A DNA stretch of 64,000 bases from Chiloscyllium plagiosum (Eukaryota), in assembly GCF_004010195.1 (NCBI RefSeq), contig NC_057718.1:69563589-69627588 (forward strand). The letters are read 5' to 3'. The translations under genes were made by a program, and so were the position numbers. Position 1 is the first letter of the stretch. Each line of letters starts with the position of its first letter. Under the pieces are notes generated by a model. The model did not search any database. It was not told where the DNA came from and saw only the letters and a list, made by a program, of their open reading frames with translations. Shown piece after piece: positions 39,372 to 52,060 of this stretch.

Positions 39372-39600
39372 TGGGAATCGATTTAGCTCAATCAGCTGGA
39401 TTGTTGGTTTACAGAGCACTATGATGCCAACAGCATGGGTTCAATTCCCACCAGTGGTTTGAGGTTATCATGAAGGACTCTCCTTCTCAACCTCTTCCCT
39501 CACCCGAGGTCTGGTGGCCCTCAGATTAAATCACCACCAGTTGCTTCTCTCAAAATGACAGCAGCCCTTATGATCTGGTAAGACTATGGCAATACAACAA
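39372..39600 (+). mobile_element. Third tRNA-derived SINE family
   Basis: A-box-like TTAGCTCAATCAG and B-box GGTTCAATTCC; short CAA tail. Confidence 0.55.
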
Positions 39601-39685
39601 CTTGTGGTACTGGGATTATGCTTGAATATAAGCTCATGGGCACAGAATTAATATTTTGGAGAACGCTATCATTATTTAAAGGAAT

Positions 39686-39995
39686 TGGATGTAAGTTTCC
39701 TCGCTGAGCTGGAAGGTTCATTTTCAGACGTTTCCTCACCATAACATCATCAGTGAGCCTCCGGTGAAGCTAGGTGGCATGGCCCGCTTGCTATTTATGT
39801 GTTTAGATTTCCTTGGGTTTCCCTAAACCTAAACACAAATAGAAAGTAGGCCATCCCACCTTGCTTCATCCGGAGGCTCACTGATGATGTCACCTAGTAT
39901 GTTGACAAAATGTCTGAAAATGAATCTCCCAGCTCAGTGGACAAACTTACATCCAGAACCTTAAACTGAGCTACAAATCTTCTCTAAACCCACTA
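39686..39995. mobile_element. Non-coding fold-back mini-PLE (Poseidon pLTR inverted pair plus tail), 12-bp TSD
   Basis: Arms about 39686-39808 and 39827-39955 are reverse complements; ATTTAAAGGAAT at 39674-39685 and 39996-40007; right end matches 25720-25837. Confidence 0.9.
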
Positions 39996-40849
39996 ATTTA
40001 AAGGAATGTTCCATCAAATCTCAGATCACAAGGTTTCTCCAAAACAGACCTTTCCCTTTCATCATCTTACTCAAGACATTCAAGTCATTAGTGTTGAATT
40101 TCCACATGGGATCTCTCAACTATATGTTACAATTTCAATAAACCTTCATGGAAACCCTGAGAAAGTATATAAATGGTATTTTAACAATTCTCTGAAGCTT
40201 CTGCGATTTCTTTCTCCATAGTTACACTGAAATTTTCACAGAAATTTAACCCAAACTTCTGCGCCATAACTCAATCATAAATCTTATTCATTTGGTCTGA
40301 AATGCAATCATTTTAATGTTAAAATATTCCCAAACATTTCCATTAACCATTACCCTTTGTTTCTTACCACTAACAAATTTTGGTTACAACTCACCATATT
40401 CCCTTGAATCCAATGGGTTTTAATTTTTTGTAACAATCTACCATGTGAAACCATGTCTACTACCTCATTAAAATCCACACAAATAATATGCTCTTCACCA
40501 CTCTCATCAATTCTCCTGTTATTTCCCCACAAAATTCAATCAAGTTTGCAGGACACTGCCCCACCTTACCAAACCCATGTTGACAACACCTGATTAATCC
40601 AAGTCACTCAAAAGGAATAATCAATCCTGTCTCTCAGTATTGATTCTGGTCGTCTGTCCACCTCGGGGTCAGACTGACTAGCCTTAATTAATTGGCCTAT
40701 CCCCCACATTCATTTTGAATAATGGTACAACTTTTGCAGACCTCCCCCGCCCACATCTTCTGCATCCATAGAAAAGTTACCATCTACACCTCTGTTAGGA
40801 TCAACTCTTTCCATAATCATTCCCTTGCTCTTAATGTACCAAAGTAGGG

Positions 40850-41133
40850 ATGCAAGGATCTAGTGGTATTAATTCAGAGACACCAATAATGATTTGGAGA
40901 TCTGGGTTTGAATCTCACCATGGCAGATTATGAAATTTGGATTCAATTAAAAATCTGGAATGAAAAGACTAATGGTGACTACGAAACTGATATCAATTGC
41001 CAGAAACACCCATATGGTTCACTAACATCCTGGTCTGGCCTGCAGCAATGTGATTAACTCTTAACTCTGGGCAACTAGGGATGGGTAATAAATAGCCAGG
41101 GACACCCACATCCGGTGAATGAACTTAAAAAAA
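40850..41133 (+). mobile_element. tRNA-derived SINE with L2/CR1-type tail
   Basis: GGGTTTGAATCTCACCATGGCAG B-box region; tail GGGCAACTAGGGATGGG..AATAAA..poly-A. Confidence 0.7.
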
Positions 41134-41313
41134 CACAGAACAATACAGCCCACCATGCCTGTGTTGACTGTGATGACATTCTAAATTAATTCCATCTGCC
41201 CCCACATGGTCCGCATCCCTCTATTCCCTGCCCGTTCTTGTGTCTGTATAAATGCCTTTTAAACGTTGCTATCACATCTACTTCTACAAGCTCCCCTAGC
41301 AGTGTGTTCCAGG

Positions 41314-41416
41314 GCTTTTGCCCGAAACGTCGATTTTCCAGCTCCTCGGATGCTGCCTGACCTACTGTGCTTTTCCAGCACCTGGTTTCCAGCATCTGCA
41401 GTCCTTGTTTTTACCT
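41314..41416 (+). mobile_element. Solo PLE pLTR end plus tail inserted into a CR1 3' end
   Basis: GCTTTTGCCCGAAACGTCGA..TCCAGCATCTGCAGTCCTTGTTTTTAC; flanked by AGTGTGT(T/A)CCAGG at 41301-41313 and 41417-41429. Confidence 0.85.
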
Positions 41417-42249
41417 AGTGTGTACCAGGCACCTACCATGCCCAAATATCTTTGGATTTTTCTTGAGAAGGTTTACGAGGATGTATGGAAGGTGCTAGCT
41501 ACGGAGAGAGGTTGAGAGGTTAGGTTTATTTTCACTGGAAGAAAGGAGATTGAGCGGTGACCTGATTGAAGTTTACAAAATCATGAAGGGTATAGACAGG
41601 GTGGATAGAGTCAAGCTTTTTCCCAGGGTGAAGGTAGCAAGTAGCAAGTACTTCACACAGAGGGTGGTGTGCATTTGGAACGCATTGCCAGGGAGCAGAG
41701 GGATACAAATGCTTAGGAATTGACCGACAGGTTTAGACAGTCCATTTGGATCGGCTCAGGCTTGGAGGGCCAAAGGGCCTGTTCTTGGGCTGTAAATTTT
41801 CTTTGTTCTTTGTTAACTTTACCAGATAATATTTTATCCATATCCATACTTTGCTGGCCTAATTCTCTTTCTTACTTCAGCCCTCTCAGCTTTGTAAAGT
41901 TTTTGATTCCCCAACTTGGAACTTTTGCCCCTTTCTACCTTTGTTCTTTTCCATCATGATGATAAATCTAACTGCATTATAATCACTCTGCACAAAATGG
42001 TCACCTGTTTCTCCTTCATCCATCTGCTCAGTTCCATTGTCTAAAATTAAATCTAGAACTGTCCCCTCTCGTTGGACTTATTGTATACTGGATTAGAAAA
42101 GTTATCCTGAGTTAAAGCATTTTGTGCTCTTTGTGTGTATCACACTGCTTTTAATTCTTATCATAGTTGGGTAGTTTTAGTACTCAATTCTTAATTTTAC
42201 ATTATATTTATTTTATATCCTATTGCTTTTGCACTCAGGTTTTACTACA

Positions 42250-42583
42250 TAATGAATAGGAAGGGTTTGGAGGGACATGGGCCAGGTGCTGGCAGGTGGG
42301 ACTAGATTGGGTTGGGATATCAGGTCGGCATGGACAAGTTGGACCGAAGGATCTGTTTCCATGCTGTACATCTCTATGACTCTATGGGCGGCATGGTGGT
42401 ACAGTGGTTAGCACTGCTGCCTCACAGCGCCAGAGACCCGGGTTCAATAATTGGCCATGCTAAATTGCCCGTAGTATTAAGGGGTAAATGTAGGGGAATG
42501 GGTGGGTTGCGCTTCGGCGGGTCGGTGTGGACTTGTTGGGCCGAAGGGCCTGTTTCCACACTGTAAGTAAGTAATCTAATCTA
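42250..42583 (+). mobile_element. CR1 3' tail followed directly by an HE1 SINE lacking the V domain (42386-42583)
   Basis: ..CTCTATGACTCTAT|GGGCGGCATGG..GGTTCAAT|AATTGGCCATGC..TAATCTAATC. Confidence 0.85.
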
Positions 42584-43249
42584 AAGGAAGCTAACTGACT
42601 TACATTACTTAGCTATTTACAGTATAATATGTTATTGGCAATATCACCTTCAACTTAAATTCAAGTTTTGTTGTAGCCTATGGGTGAATTAAACAAGAAT
42701 AAAAAGGAATGGAATCAGTCCACGCTCCTAAATGCACAGTAAAAACATATTTGAGAGCATACAATTGCCATTAAATCTATAGATCAGAAATGAAGGCATA
42801 ATTTTAAAACACTGCACAGCTTTTTTTTGTACTAGAGAAAACATTTTCAAACCAACATATTTGGTTACTAGCCTACTTAGGTGACTGCATTTTTTGAGGC
42901 AGAGTGGAACAAATTTGAACAATATAAAGTCACTTAAAAGATTTCACCTGAATAATCTGAGTTTTAAACTTTTTAATGAAGGTTAGTGGATTACATCAAA
43001 GTAATTTAGCATTTTCTTGTCCATGTGTCATGTAGACTTCAACACTTTGAAGAACTAACAAAAATTTCAAAATTTCTTTATCAGTAATAGAGTACTTCAT
43101 TAGTTTTTATATATATACCTCACTGGCTTCACTAATCCCAACTCATCAACCTGTAACAAGACAACACCTACCTCTAAGCCAATTGCCACTTTGAAACTTA
43201 AAAATCACACAACACCAGGTTATAGTCCAACAAGTTTAATTGGAAGCAC

Positions 43250-43278
43250 TAGCTTTCAGAGCGTCGCTCCTTCATCAG
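43250..43278 (-). ncRNA. Minimal hammerhead motif, AGCU-type, in a short PLE pLTR (about 43195-43290)
   Basis: CAC-CUGAUGA-A-GGAGC-GAC-GCUCU-GAA-AGCU-A-GUG: stem I CAC/GUG, stem II hairpin, palindromic stem III, CUA triplet. Confidence 0.75.
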
Positions 43279-43699
43279 GTGATTGTCAGGTGATTGTTCA
43301 TTTTCAAAAGGCCCTGATTTTATAGCCCCCCTCACCCCACCATCAAACATCATACCCTCTTTTTGCTCCGATGTTGTTAATACAGTAAATTCAAACTCAA
43401 TTGGGTTTTAGTATCCTGGGCATAATTTAATTGGTTAAATTGAATTGTTGTCAAAACAGCAACCGAAACTCGGTCCTCCATTTAACAGCCAATTGTTATA
43501 TGTTATCCATTTTGGAACAGCTCATCTCTTAGCTGTTCTGTTCGGCAGCTGTGGCTGTACTTTAAATTTATCTTAAAGTGAACATACATACACTCTTAAT
43601 GCTTCGTAACACCTCTCTGCCTAAGAAAAAAGGACCCATAATAATGAAAAGGTGGCTTAATTACATTTTTCTCAAATTTTTGATGCCATTGTAATGAAA

Positions 43700-46600
43700 T
43701 GCAATGTCTTTAATCAAAATTGTACCTCTCATTAATTCTGTATACATACATAACACTGGAATTGAAATGATCCAATCTTATCTACACCTTTTCTTCTAAA
43801 TTCGTGATAATGTATCTGCAATGACATTTTTACAATCCGCAACATGTACAATTCATAAATTAAAAGTCTAACAAAAGACTGCAACAAAATAATCTCATAT
43901 TTTTGTCTTTAAATCTTTCCAAAAATATGAGAGATTTGTAGTCAGTATCCAAAACAATGTTTGTCACATAAACATTAAAATATCATAAGGCCAGTACCAA
44001 ACTCAATTACCCTTTGGTGATGGTGGACTATTTTCTCTGGTGGATATTGAGTTTTTTTTGCAAAGTCACCAGTTGGACATTCAATTCCATCATCATCTTC
44101 CTGCATCAATACAGCTCCAACCCCTATATCACGAGCATCGATTACAACTGTAAAGGATTTCAAAAAAAATTGGTGCAGCTAAAACTGGTGAGGTGGTTAA
44201 TATGGCTCTGAAATTTCCAATGCCCCCTGGCATTGTTCTGTCCACTGAAGTTTTTGTTCTTCTTTAATAAATCTGATACAGGGCCACCAAGTTGCTGAAG
44301 TTCGGAACAAACTTCTGGTAGAATATGCTCAGTCCCAAAAATCAAAGGACCTCTTTCTTCAAAGACAGTCAGGGAAATTCCTCGATGGCCTTCATCTTCA
44401 TGTTCCTTGGGGTATTCATTCCATATCCGATGTTACGTCTCAACAACATAACCCCTGCCTTTGCGAAATCTATTTTCTTTAAGTTTATTACAAGTTTTGC
44501 TTTTCATAATCGTTCAAAGAGCTTTGCCAACTGTATTATATGATCTTTCCATAAATGGCTAAGTATCACTACATCATCCAGATAAATGGCACAATCTTTT
44601 ATTCTGGCTGTGCCCTCTTCACCTATCCGGTTTAATCTCTCCCTCACCTCAGATACATAACCCAAGTGTGAGATCGCTGACTTCGGTCCTACCAATTTTT
44701 TCTTAATTAGTTTCAAAGGCCCTCTCACTTCATATCCGACTATTAATCCAAGGGAGTAAACTGAGTAGATTTGTTTCGGGCATCTCTAAGTGAAAACAAT
44801 ATGAATGGGATACCTTTATCCCAATCATTTGGGTAATCCTGATAGTATGCTCTTCAGGTGCAACTTTTCCAAGGCTCCCTGGATTTCAGGACTATACGCA
44901 CTTGATTGAAAGTGCTGTATGCCTAAACTATCCATGACATCCTTCAATAGTTTAGCAGTAAAATTGGTCTGACTGAATCTCCCTGGGTAGCCCATACGGT
45001 TCAGAAATTTACCAGCTCCCCCACCACTCTTTTTGCCTTAACACTCCATAATGGAATTCCCTCTAGAAATCTGGTAGGCACATCCATTATGGTTAGTAAA
45101 TACTAGTTCCCACTTTAGTTTTAGGGAGAGGACCTCACAATCAATCATAACCCATGTGAAAGCTTCTCTGAATGCAGGAATTGACAACAAAGGTGCTGGT
45201 TTTATTACTGCCTGTGGCTTACCTACCATTTGGCACATATGACATGAACAACAAAATTCAACCACATCCTTATGCTGTCTGGGACGATAACCTGGTGTTG
45301 TGTGACTTTTACTTTGTACAGAACAATAGAAATGAACCTTATCCTGAGTCTTCCTCACACCTAAAAGACCTCCTACTGATAATTCATGTGCTACACATAA
45401 TAATTCCTGTCTGTATGTTACCGGCAACACAATCTAGTGCACTTCTGCCTATTTCTCCTCTGCACTAATCTACTGTGGTCTCCATTTTTGCATTTGGATT
45501 CGAGCCTTAAGATAATAATCCTCGGGATACATTCTGATTCCTTTTCTGAGTACTTATCATGATATAGACCTTTTCTCGTCTCATCTTTCTGTTGTAAGTC
45601 CATTAGTCTTTCAAGACTAAACACCTCTGCCTGACCCTCTACCTCTTCAGGTTTTTCCTGTACCATTATATCAAACAGGATATCAGCTAACTGACCCTCA
45701 ACTTCTGCGTTTTTCTCTTTAGTTTTCTTTCTTGCTGTAATTTATGACAGTGGGATCTTGTTACTACACAGTCTGGAAAAATTCCAGGGATTTTCTTTTA
45801 ACTTCTCAGTTCACTGGTTTTCCTTTGGCTTCTCCACCACAAGGAACAGCACTCCCACTTTGGACCCTGCTGAGTTGTTTCGAAGAACAGAGTGTAGATT
45901 AGAATGGTGCTGGAAAAGCACAGCCGGTCAGGCAGCATCCGAGGTGCAGGAAAATCGATGTTTTGGACAAAAGCCCTTCATTAGGACTGCTGTCCTCACT
46001 TCTGCCTAGTTTCCAAGAACAAACAGTATTCCTGGAACTGACACTCTGTCAATCACTCCCACTATTACTTCCCCTGTCTTGATTTGGCTCTGCAACCAGA
46101 CTTTACACGGGGAACACTAAAGTTTTGTACATCTATTCCACAAATTATCACCCACTCGGGTAACGAGTTAGAAAAAGTGCAAATACTTTCATCTCTTACT
46201 ATTAGAGACCGATTAGATACTATATCTCCTAAAATTGTAACTTCTTTCCCTTCTCCCCCTGCTCTTTCTGAGTAAATTTTACCCACAAAAGTGAAGTCTT
46301 TATAGAAATTGGGCACCAATTCGATATCTAGCCACTGCCAAAGCTATACACTCGCCTGCAGTTCCTCAACTTCTCTTGGGGCTTCCTTAACTACCTCCAC
46401 TCATCACACTGGCTTAGCCCCTTTTACCACATCTTTTCTCCCATTGTTTTCCTTCAATGACAGCACTGGCACTTTACGTGTCCCACTTTACCACAGTGGA
46501 AACACCTGACTCGCCTTTCACCTCCTTTTCACACTCTTGGGTTTCTTTTTTCACCTGTGGTGAACTATTTCCAGTGTGATCTTCTTTCTCTTTTATAGTA

Positions 46601-47090
46601 AGGGATCTCCCCTTCTCCAAATTTCTATCTCTCACAGTATGAAATTCCTGTCAAAAGCTAAATTTCACCTTATGCACCAATGCATATTCATTTGCCATCT
46701 CTGCCACTCTTCTCACTTCTTGAACTTTCTGTTTATCTACATGAATTCTTATCATCTGTGGTGGGAAGTTTTTCAACTCCTCCAGCAGAATAATCTCTCT
46801 TAGAAGAGAAAATGAGGTCTGCAGATGCTGGAGATCAGAGATGGAAATGTGTTGCTGGAGAAGCGCAGCAGGTCAGGCAGCATCTAGGGAACAGGAGAAT
46901 CGACGTTTCGGGCATTAGCCCTTCTTCAGGAATCTCTCTTAGAGCCTCGTATGTCTTGTCTATTTTTAAGGCCCGCACCCATCTATCAAAATTGCTATGT
47001 TTAATTCTTTCGCACTCAATGCAAGTCTGACCTGGTTCCTACTTTCTGAACTGCTGTCTATATATTTCTGGTTCCAATTCATCGCCATGA
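43700..47090 (-). mobile_element. Gmr1-type Gypsy LTR retrotransposon relic: SCAN-like gag, CCHC knuckle, protease, integrase, RT, RNase H
   Basis: PEIYRQQFR..FDRW..LREIILLEE (46690-47085); CFHCGKVGHVKCQC (~46460-46505); VTILGD (46065-46319); AHE..CHMCQMVGKP (45038-45430); YLDD (44504-44728); IDARDIGVGAVLMQ (43975-44163). Confidence 0.88.
46805..46930 (-). mobile_element. 126-bp solo PLE pLTR with intact HHR core (46902-46929), 13-bp TSD
   Basis: CUGAAGA-A-GGGC-UAAU-GCCC-GAA-ACGU-C; AATCTCTCTTAGA at 46792-46804 and 46931-46943; removal restores the gag frame. Confidence 0.92.
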
Positions 47091-47379
47091 TTAGATTGAT
47101 GAATGGACTGTCTAACTTCAAATAATGCTGATCTTGTTAATGTTGATCTTACCTAGCCCACATTCTGTACAGTGTAACCTATATGCCTTACTCTGTCCAA
47201 GTGTTTTTTTCTGATCTGTATGTTCTTGCTTGCTATGATCTACCTGCAGTGCTCACAGACAAAGCTTTTCACTGTACTTAGGTACATGTGACAACAAATC
47301 AAATCAATCAATAAGTCAAAAGGTTAATACACAAGGTACGGTCAGATAGGATTAGGGTAATATATTCATTGCCAAAAAG

Positions 47380-48130
47380 AAAAAAGAAATTTACAAATTA
47401 ATACAGATAGGTTAGGTGAATGGGCCAAAGTCTAGCTGGCAAAGTTTAATGTGGACAAATGAAAGGTTATCCATTTTTGTTGGAGGAAGAGAAAGGCAAA
47501 TTATTATCTAAGTGGAGAGAAACTTCAGTACAGAGGGATTTGGATGCCACAAAAAGCAGGTACAGCAGGTAATAGGGAAGGCAAATGGAATTTTGGCATT
47601 TATTGCTAAAGGTAGAGAATATAAAAGAAAGGCAGTGTTGCTGCAACTGTACAAGACATTAGTGAAGCCGTACCTGGAGCACAATATACAATTTACGTCA
47701 CCTTACTTGAAGTGGGAGGGGGGGGGAGGATATACTTGCATTGGAGACAGTTCAGAGGAGGTTCATCTATTGATTCCAGAGATGAGGGGTTTGTCTTATA
47801 AATAATGATTGAGCAGTTTAGGCCTATACTCTCTGGAGTTTAGAAGAATGTCAGAAGATCTAACTGAGATACAAAAAGCGCTAGATGTAACAGATTTAAA
47901 ACAGATGTGGAGAAATTACTTCTCTCAAAAGGTCGTGAATCTGCGGAATTCATTACCCAGAATTTGGCAGATGCTGGGACATTGAATAAATTTGAGGAGA
48001 TAGACTGATAATTAATTAACAATGTGTTTAAATGCAGTGGAGAGCGGGAAGGAAGGTGGAGCAGAGGCCGCAATGCGATCAACCACTGATCATATGAAAT
48101 AGCAGAGCAGGCTTGAGGGATTGAATTATT
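47380..48130 (+). mobile_element. Old CR1 3' fragment
   Basis: ORF 47512-47805 KANGILAFIAKG..LQLYKTLVKPYLE. Confidence 0.8.
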
Positions 48131-48169
48131 TTTCTTGATTTGATCAATATTAAATTTAAAATTTGAGAA

Positions 48170-49720
48170 GTCTAATAACTTCAAGAAGTTGTTCTTGAAT
48201 CTGCCAGAAATTGTGTTTTGGTTTTTTTGTATCTTCTACCCAATGGAAGAGGTTGGAAGAGATTATAACTAGAGTGGGATGGGTCTTTGAATATGTTGGC
48301 TGCCTTCCCGAGGCAGTGAAACGTGTAGATGGAGTCAGTGGATGTAAGGTTGGCTTGTATGATGGACTGTGCTGTGTTCACAACTCTGTAGTTTGTCACG
48401 GTCCAGAGCAGATGAGTTTCCATACCAAGCAGTGATGCATCTGGATAGAATGCTTTCTATAAAAATTGGTAATAGTCATCGAGTCATAGAGATGTACAGC
48501 ATAGAAACAGACCCTTCATTCCAACCCATCCATGCCGACCAGATATCCCGTCCCAATCTAGACCCACCTGCCAGCACCCAGCCCATATCCCTCCAAACCC
48601 TTCCTATTCATATACCCATCCAAATGCCTCCACCACTTTCTCTGGCAGCTCATTCCATACCTGCGCCACCCTCTGCGTGAAACAGTTGCCCCTTAGGTTT
48701 CTTTTATATCTTTCCCCTCTCACCCTAAACCTATGCCCTCTAGTTCTGGGCTCCCCCCCCACCCCAGGGAAAAGATTTTGCCTATTTACTCTATCCATGC
48801 CCCTCATAATTCTGTAAACCTCTATAAGGTCACCCCTCAGCCTCCAACACTCCAGGGAAAACAGCCCCAGCCTGTTCTGCCTCTCCCTAGAGCTCAAATT
48901 CTCCAACCCCGGCAACATCCTTGTAAATCTTTTCTGAACCTTTCAAGTTTCACAACATCTTTCCAATAGGAAGGAGACCAGAAATGCACGCAATATTCCA
49001 ACAGTAGCTTAACCAATGTCCTGTACAGCCGCAACATGACCTCCCAACTCCTGTACTCAATACTTTGACCAATAAAAGAAAGCATACCAAATGCCTTCTT
49101 CACTATTCTATCTACCTGCAACTCTACTTTCAAGGAGCTATGAACCTGCACTCCAAGGTCTCTTTGTTCAGCAACACTCCCTAGGACCTTACCATTAATT
49201 TTATAAGTCCTGCTAAGATTTGCTTTCCCAAAATGCAGCATAGTCTTTCACAGACATCCCAAATTTCCTTAGCCTCCATAGGAAGTACAGGAGTTATTGT
49301 GCTTCCTTGAACATAGCATCAATGTGGTTTGACCAAAATAGATGGTTGGTAATCCTCACTCTAGGAACTGGATGCTCTTGACCATCTGCACCGCAGTACC
49401 ATTAATGTGACAGGATGTGCCCTCCAAATTGCTTCCTCTTTCATTTTGCTGACACTGAGGAAAAGGTTTTATCTTTGCACCATGCCACCAAGCATGCTAC
49501 GTCTTTCCTGTATTATGTTGTCATTGATGGAGATCTGGCCTATAATGGTGGTGTCATCAGCAAATTTGTCAGTGCACTTTGGACGAAATTTAGACATTCA
49601 GTCGTGACTGTATAATGCGTATAGTAAGCGGCTGAGTATGCAGCCTTGCGTGGCAGTGGTGTTGAGAATTATTGTGGACGATGTGTTGTCTATTCTCACT
49701 GATTGTAGTCTATGCGTGTT
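48170..49720 (-). mobile_element. Rex1/Babar-type LINE fragment interrupted by a younger CR1 (48478-49241, minus)
   Basis: RVVNTAQSII..KAANIFKDPSHSSYNLFQPLPLGRRYK; KFADDTT motif near 49550; CR1 ORFs 48604-48918 and 48894-49241. Confidence 0.8.
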
Positions 49721-49999
49721 GCCTACTATTGCTCTTAGTTCTTACGTTCTCATACCACAGCATGGACAGAATCTCTGTTTCTAACTGAGCTTACCTTTCT
49801 GTGTTCAACCATAAGGAGGCTTTTTTTTTAAATCAGCACTTGCTTGTCCAATGCAGTCAGGGCGAAAGAGACCAAAGGATATGCAAGAAAAGTGGGAACA
49901 GACTATTAAGTTGGATGATCAGCCATGATCACAATGAATGGCAGAATTGGCTTGAAGGGCCAAATGGCCTGTTTCTGCTCCTATTTTCTATATCCACAT

Positions 50000-52060
50000 G
50001 ATGTCTAGCTAATTTAATTCATCCAGGTGTATCTCCACAGATTACCTCTTATTCCCTGTAATTTTACAAGATCCTTCTGTTTTTGTTTTCTAAATGTAAG
50101 AACATAGCAGTAACTGCCCCAATGTGTCTGTGATACCTGGTCAAATTGTAAGAGATTCGCTTTAAGAAGTTTCTACCTCTCCTTCTACCACTCTCTCATC
50201 ATCTCACATTCTAATCACATGACATACTTAACAGTCTTCCCTCTGACAACGACTTTTAATTGTTCCTACAACCACGAGTATTTGTCACTTTATCAACACC
50301 GTTAATGACATTACAATTACCATTGAATTTCACTTTCAAAGATTCACCTTGCAAAAGCAACAATGCCAATACTTCTTTTCCTAATTAAAATATTCTAGCT
50401 GCTGAATGTTTATTGCCCATTCTTTCATTTTTGCCTGTGAAATATTCAAACTGCCCTCAAAGACATACAGCATTTAAACAGGGTCTTCGGCTCACCAGGT
50501 CGATGCTGACCAACAAACATCAAATTACACTAACCCCATTTACCTGCACTTAGTACATAGTCTACTATGCCCTGACATTTTAAGTGCTTATCCAGATGCT
50601 TCTTAAATGTTGTGAGAACACCTGCCTCCACCACCCTCTCAGGCAGAGTGTTTATATTTCTACCAGCCTCTGGGTGAAAAAAAATGTTTCCTCTAAACCC
50701 TACATGCTGAGAGCCTTTCTAAAAAAAAATGGCTATGGAATCCAACATTGAGGTTTCATCTTTCTAGTTTGAAAACTTCTCCCTAATCAATTGTAATGGA
50801 TTTTTAATCTAATGACAATACTCCAATCTGAATGGGCTAAATCCAATAGATTCATTTGAGGCCAAAAGAGAAAATGGTGGAAAATCTCAGCAGGTCTGGC
50901 AGCATCTGTAAGGAGAGAAAACAGCTGACATTTCGAGTCTAACTAACACTCTGTCAGATTCCAGCATCTGCAGTAATTTGCTTTTAGATTCGTTTGGGGA
51001 ATCTTTGATAGCAAAAAGTAAGAAATCTAATCCTATGCCCCAATCCTGTGTGTATTCATGACAGTATGCCTTAACCATGGTTTTGACAATCTGATGGCAG
51101 TTCTCCAAAGCACCCTGTATTTATGGATGATGTCAAGTTGACTTCAGTCTCCCATATTGCGAATGATTTTCTGAAAAACTTTAGACAACTTAGAACATCA
51201 GACTGTATCTCCATCAGGTAGTACATAACATGTAAGTAATTGTTAACTTTTTCACCATTATCTTAGCTATAAACATCCTTAACGAAATAGCTTCTGGGTT
51301 TTTATATCCAAAAATATATTGAAACCCTGTTTTCATTTTTGGTAATAGTCCTACATAATCTACTGGGACTTGACAAAATGGTCCTCCAAAACTTGTATGG
51401 ATACATTGATTACATACTACCATTATAGACAAAAACACTCCAGATGCTGGAATCCAAAGTGGACAAGCAGGAGGCTGGAAGAACACAATAAGTCAGGCAG
51501 CATCAGGTGGGGGAAGAGGTTGATGTTTTGGGTATAATCCTTCTTCAGGAATGGAGGTGGGGGTAGGNNNNNNNNNNNNNNNNNNNGTGCTGCAGATAAA
51601 GGGGGGGGGGATGGTTTGCGGGAGGGAGACGGGCAGAATGTTGGGGCGATGACAAGTGAACACAGGTGTGGGTACGATCTGCTTGGTCGATGGGAAAGAT
51701 GAATCCAGTTGGTAGCTGAAAAGAAGGGTTGGGAGATGGAACGGAAGAGAGGGAGGGAAGGCTGGTAAAGGAGTTGGGGATGGGAGGAAAGGTTATTTGA
51801 AATTGGAGAACTGTGTTGAGTCCTCTGGTCTGGAGGCTGCCCAGGTAGAAGTTGAGGTATTGTTCCTCCAATTTACAGTCTGATTCACTGTGGCAATGGA
51901 AGAGACCCAGGATGGACATTTCGGAGAGGGAGTGGGAAGTGGAAATGAAATGGTGACTGGGAGGTCAGGCTAGCCCTTACATGAATGAATGTGACTTCGT
52001 ACTGTCGTCACAGTTTTCTAAACCCAACATGACAAATTAGTGGTGCCCACCTCTATGTTT
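50000..52060 (-). mobile_element. Second, older Gmr1-like Gypsy integrase relic with nested CR1 and PLE pieces (PLE 51428-51975; mini-PLE 50862-50984)
   Basis: GPFCQVPVDYVGLLPKMKTGFQYI..PEAISLR; ENCHQIVKTMVKAYC..DWGIGLDFLLFAIKDSPNES. Confidence 0.7.
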
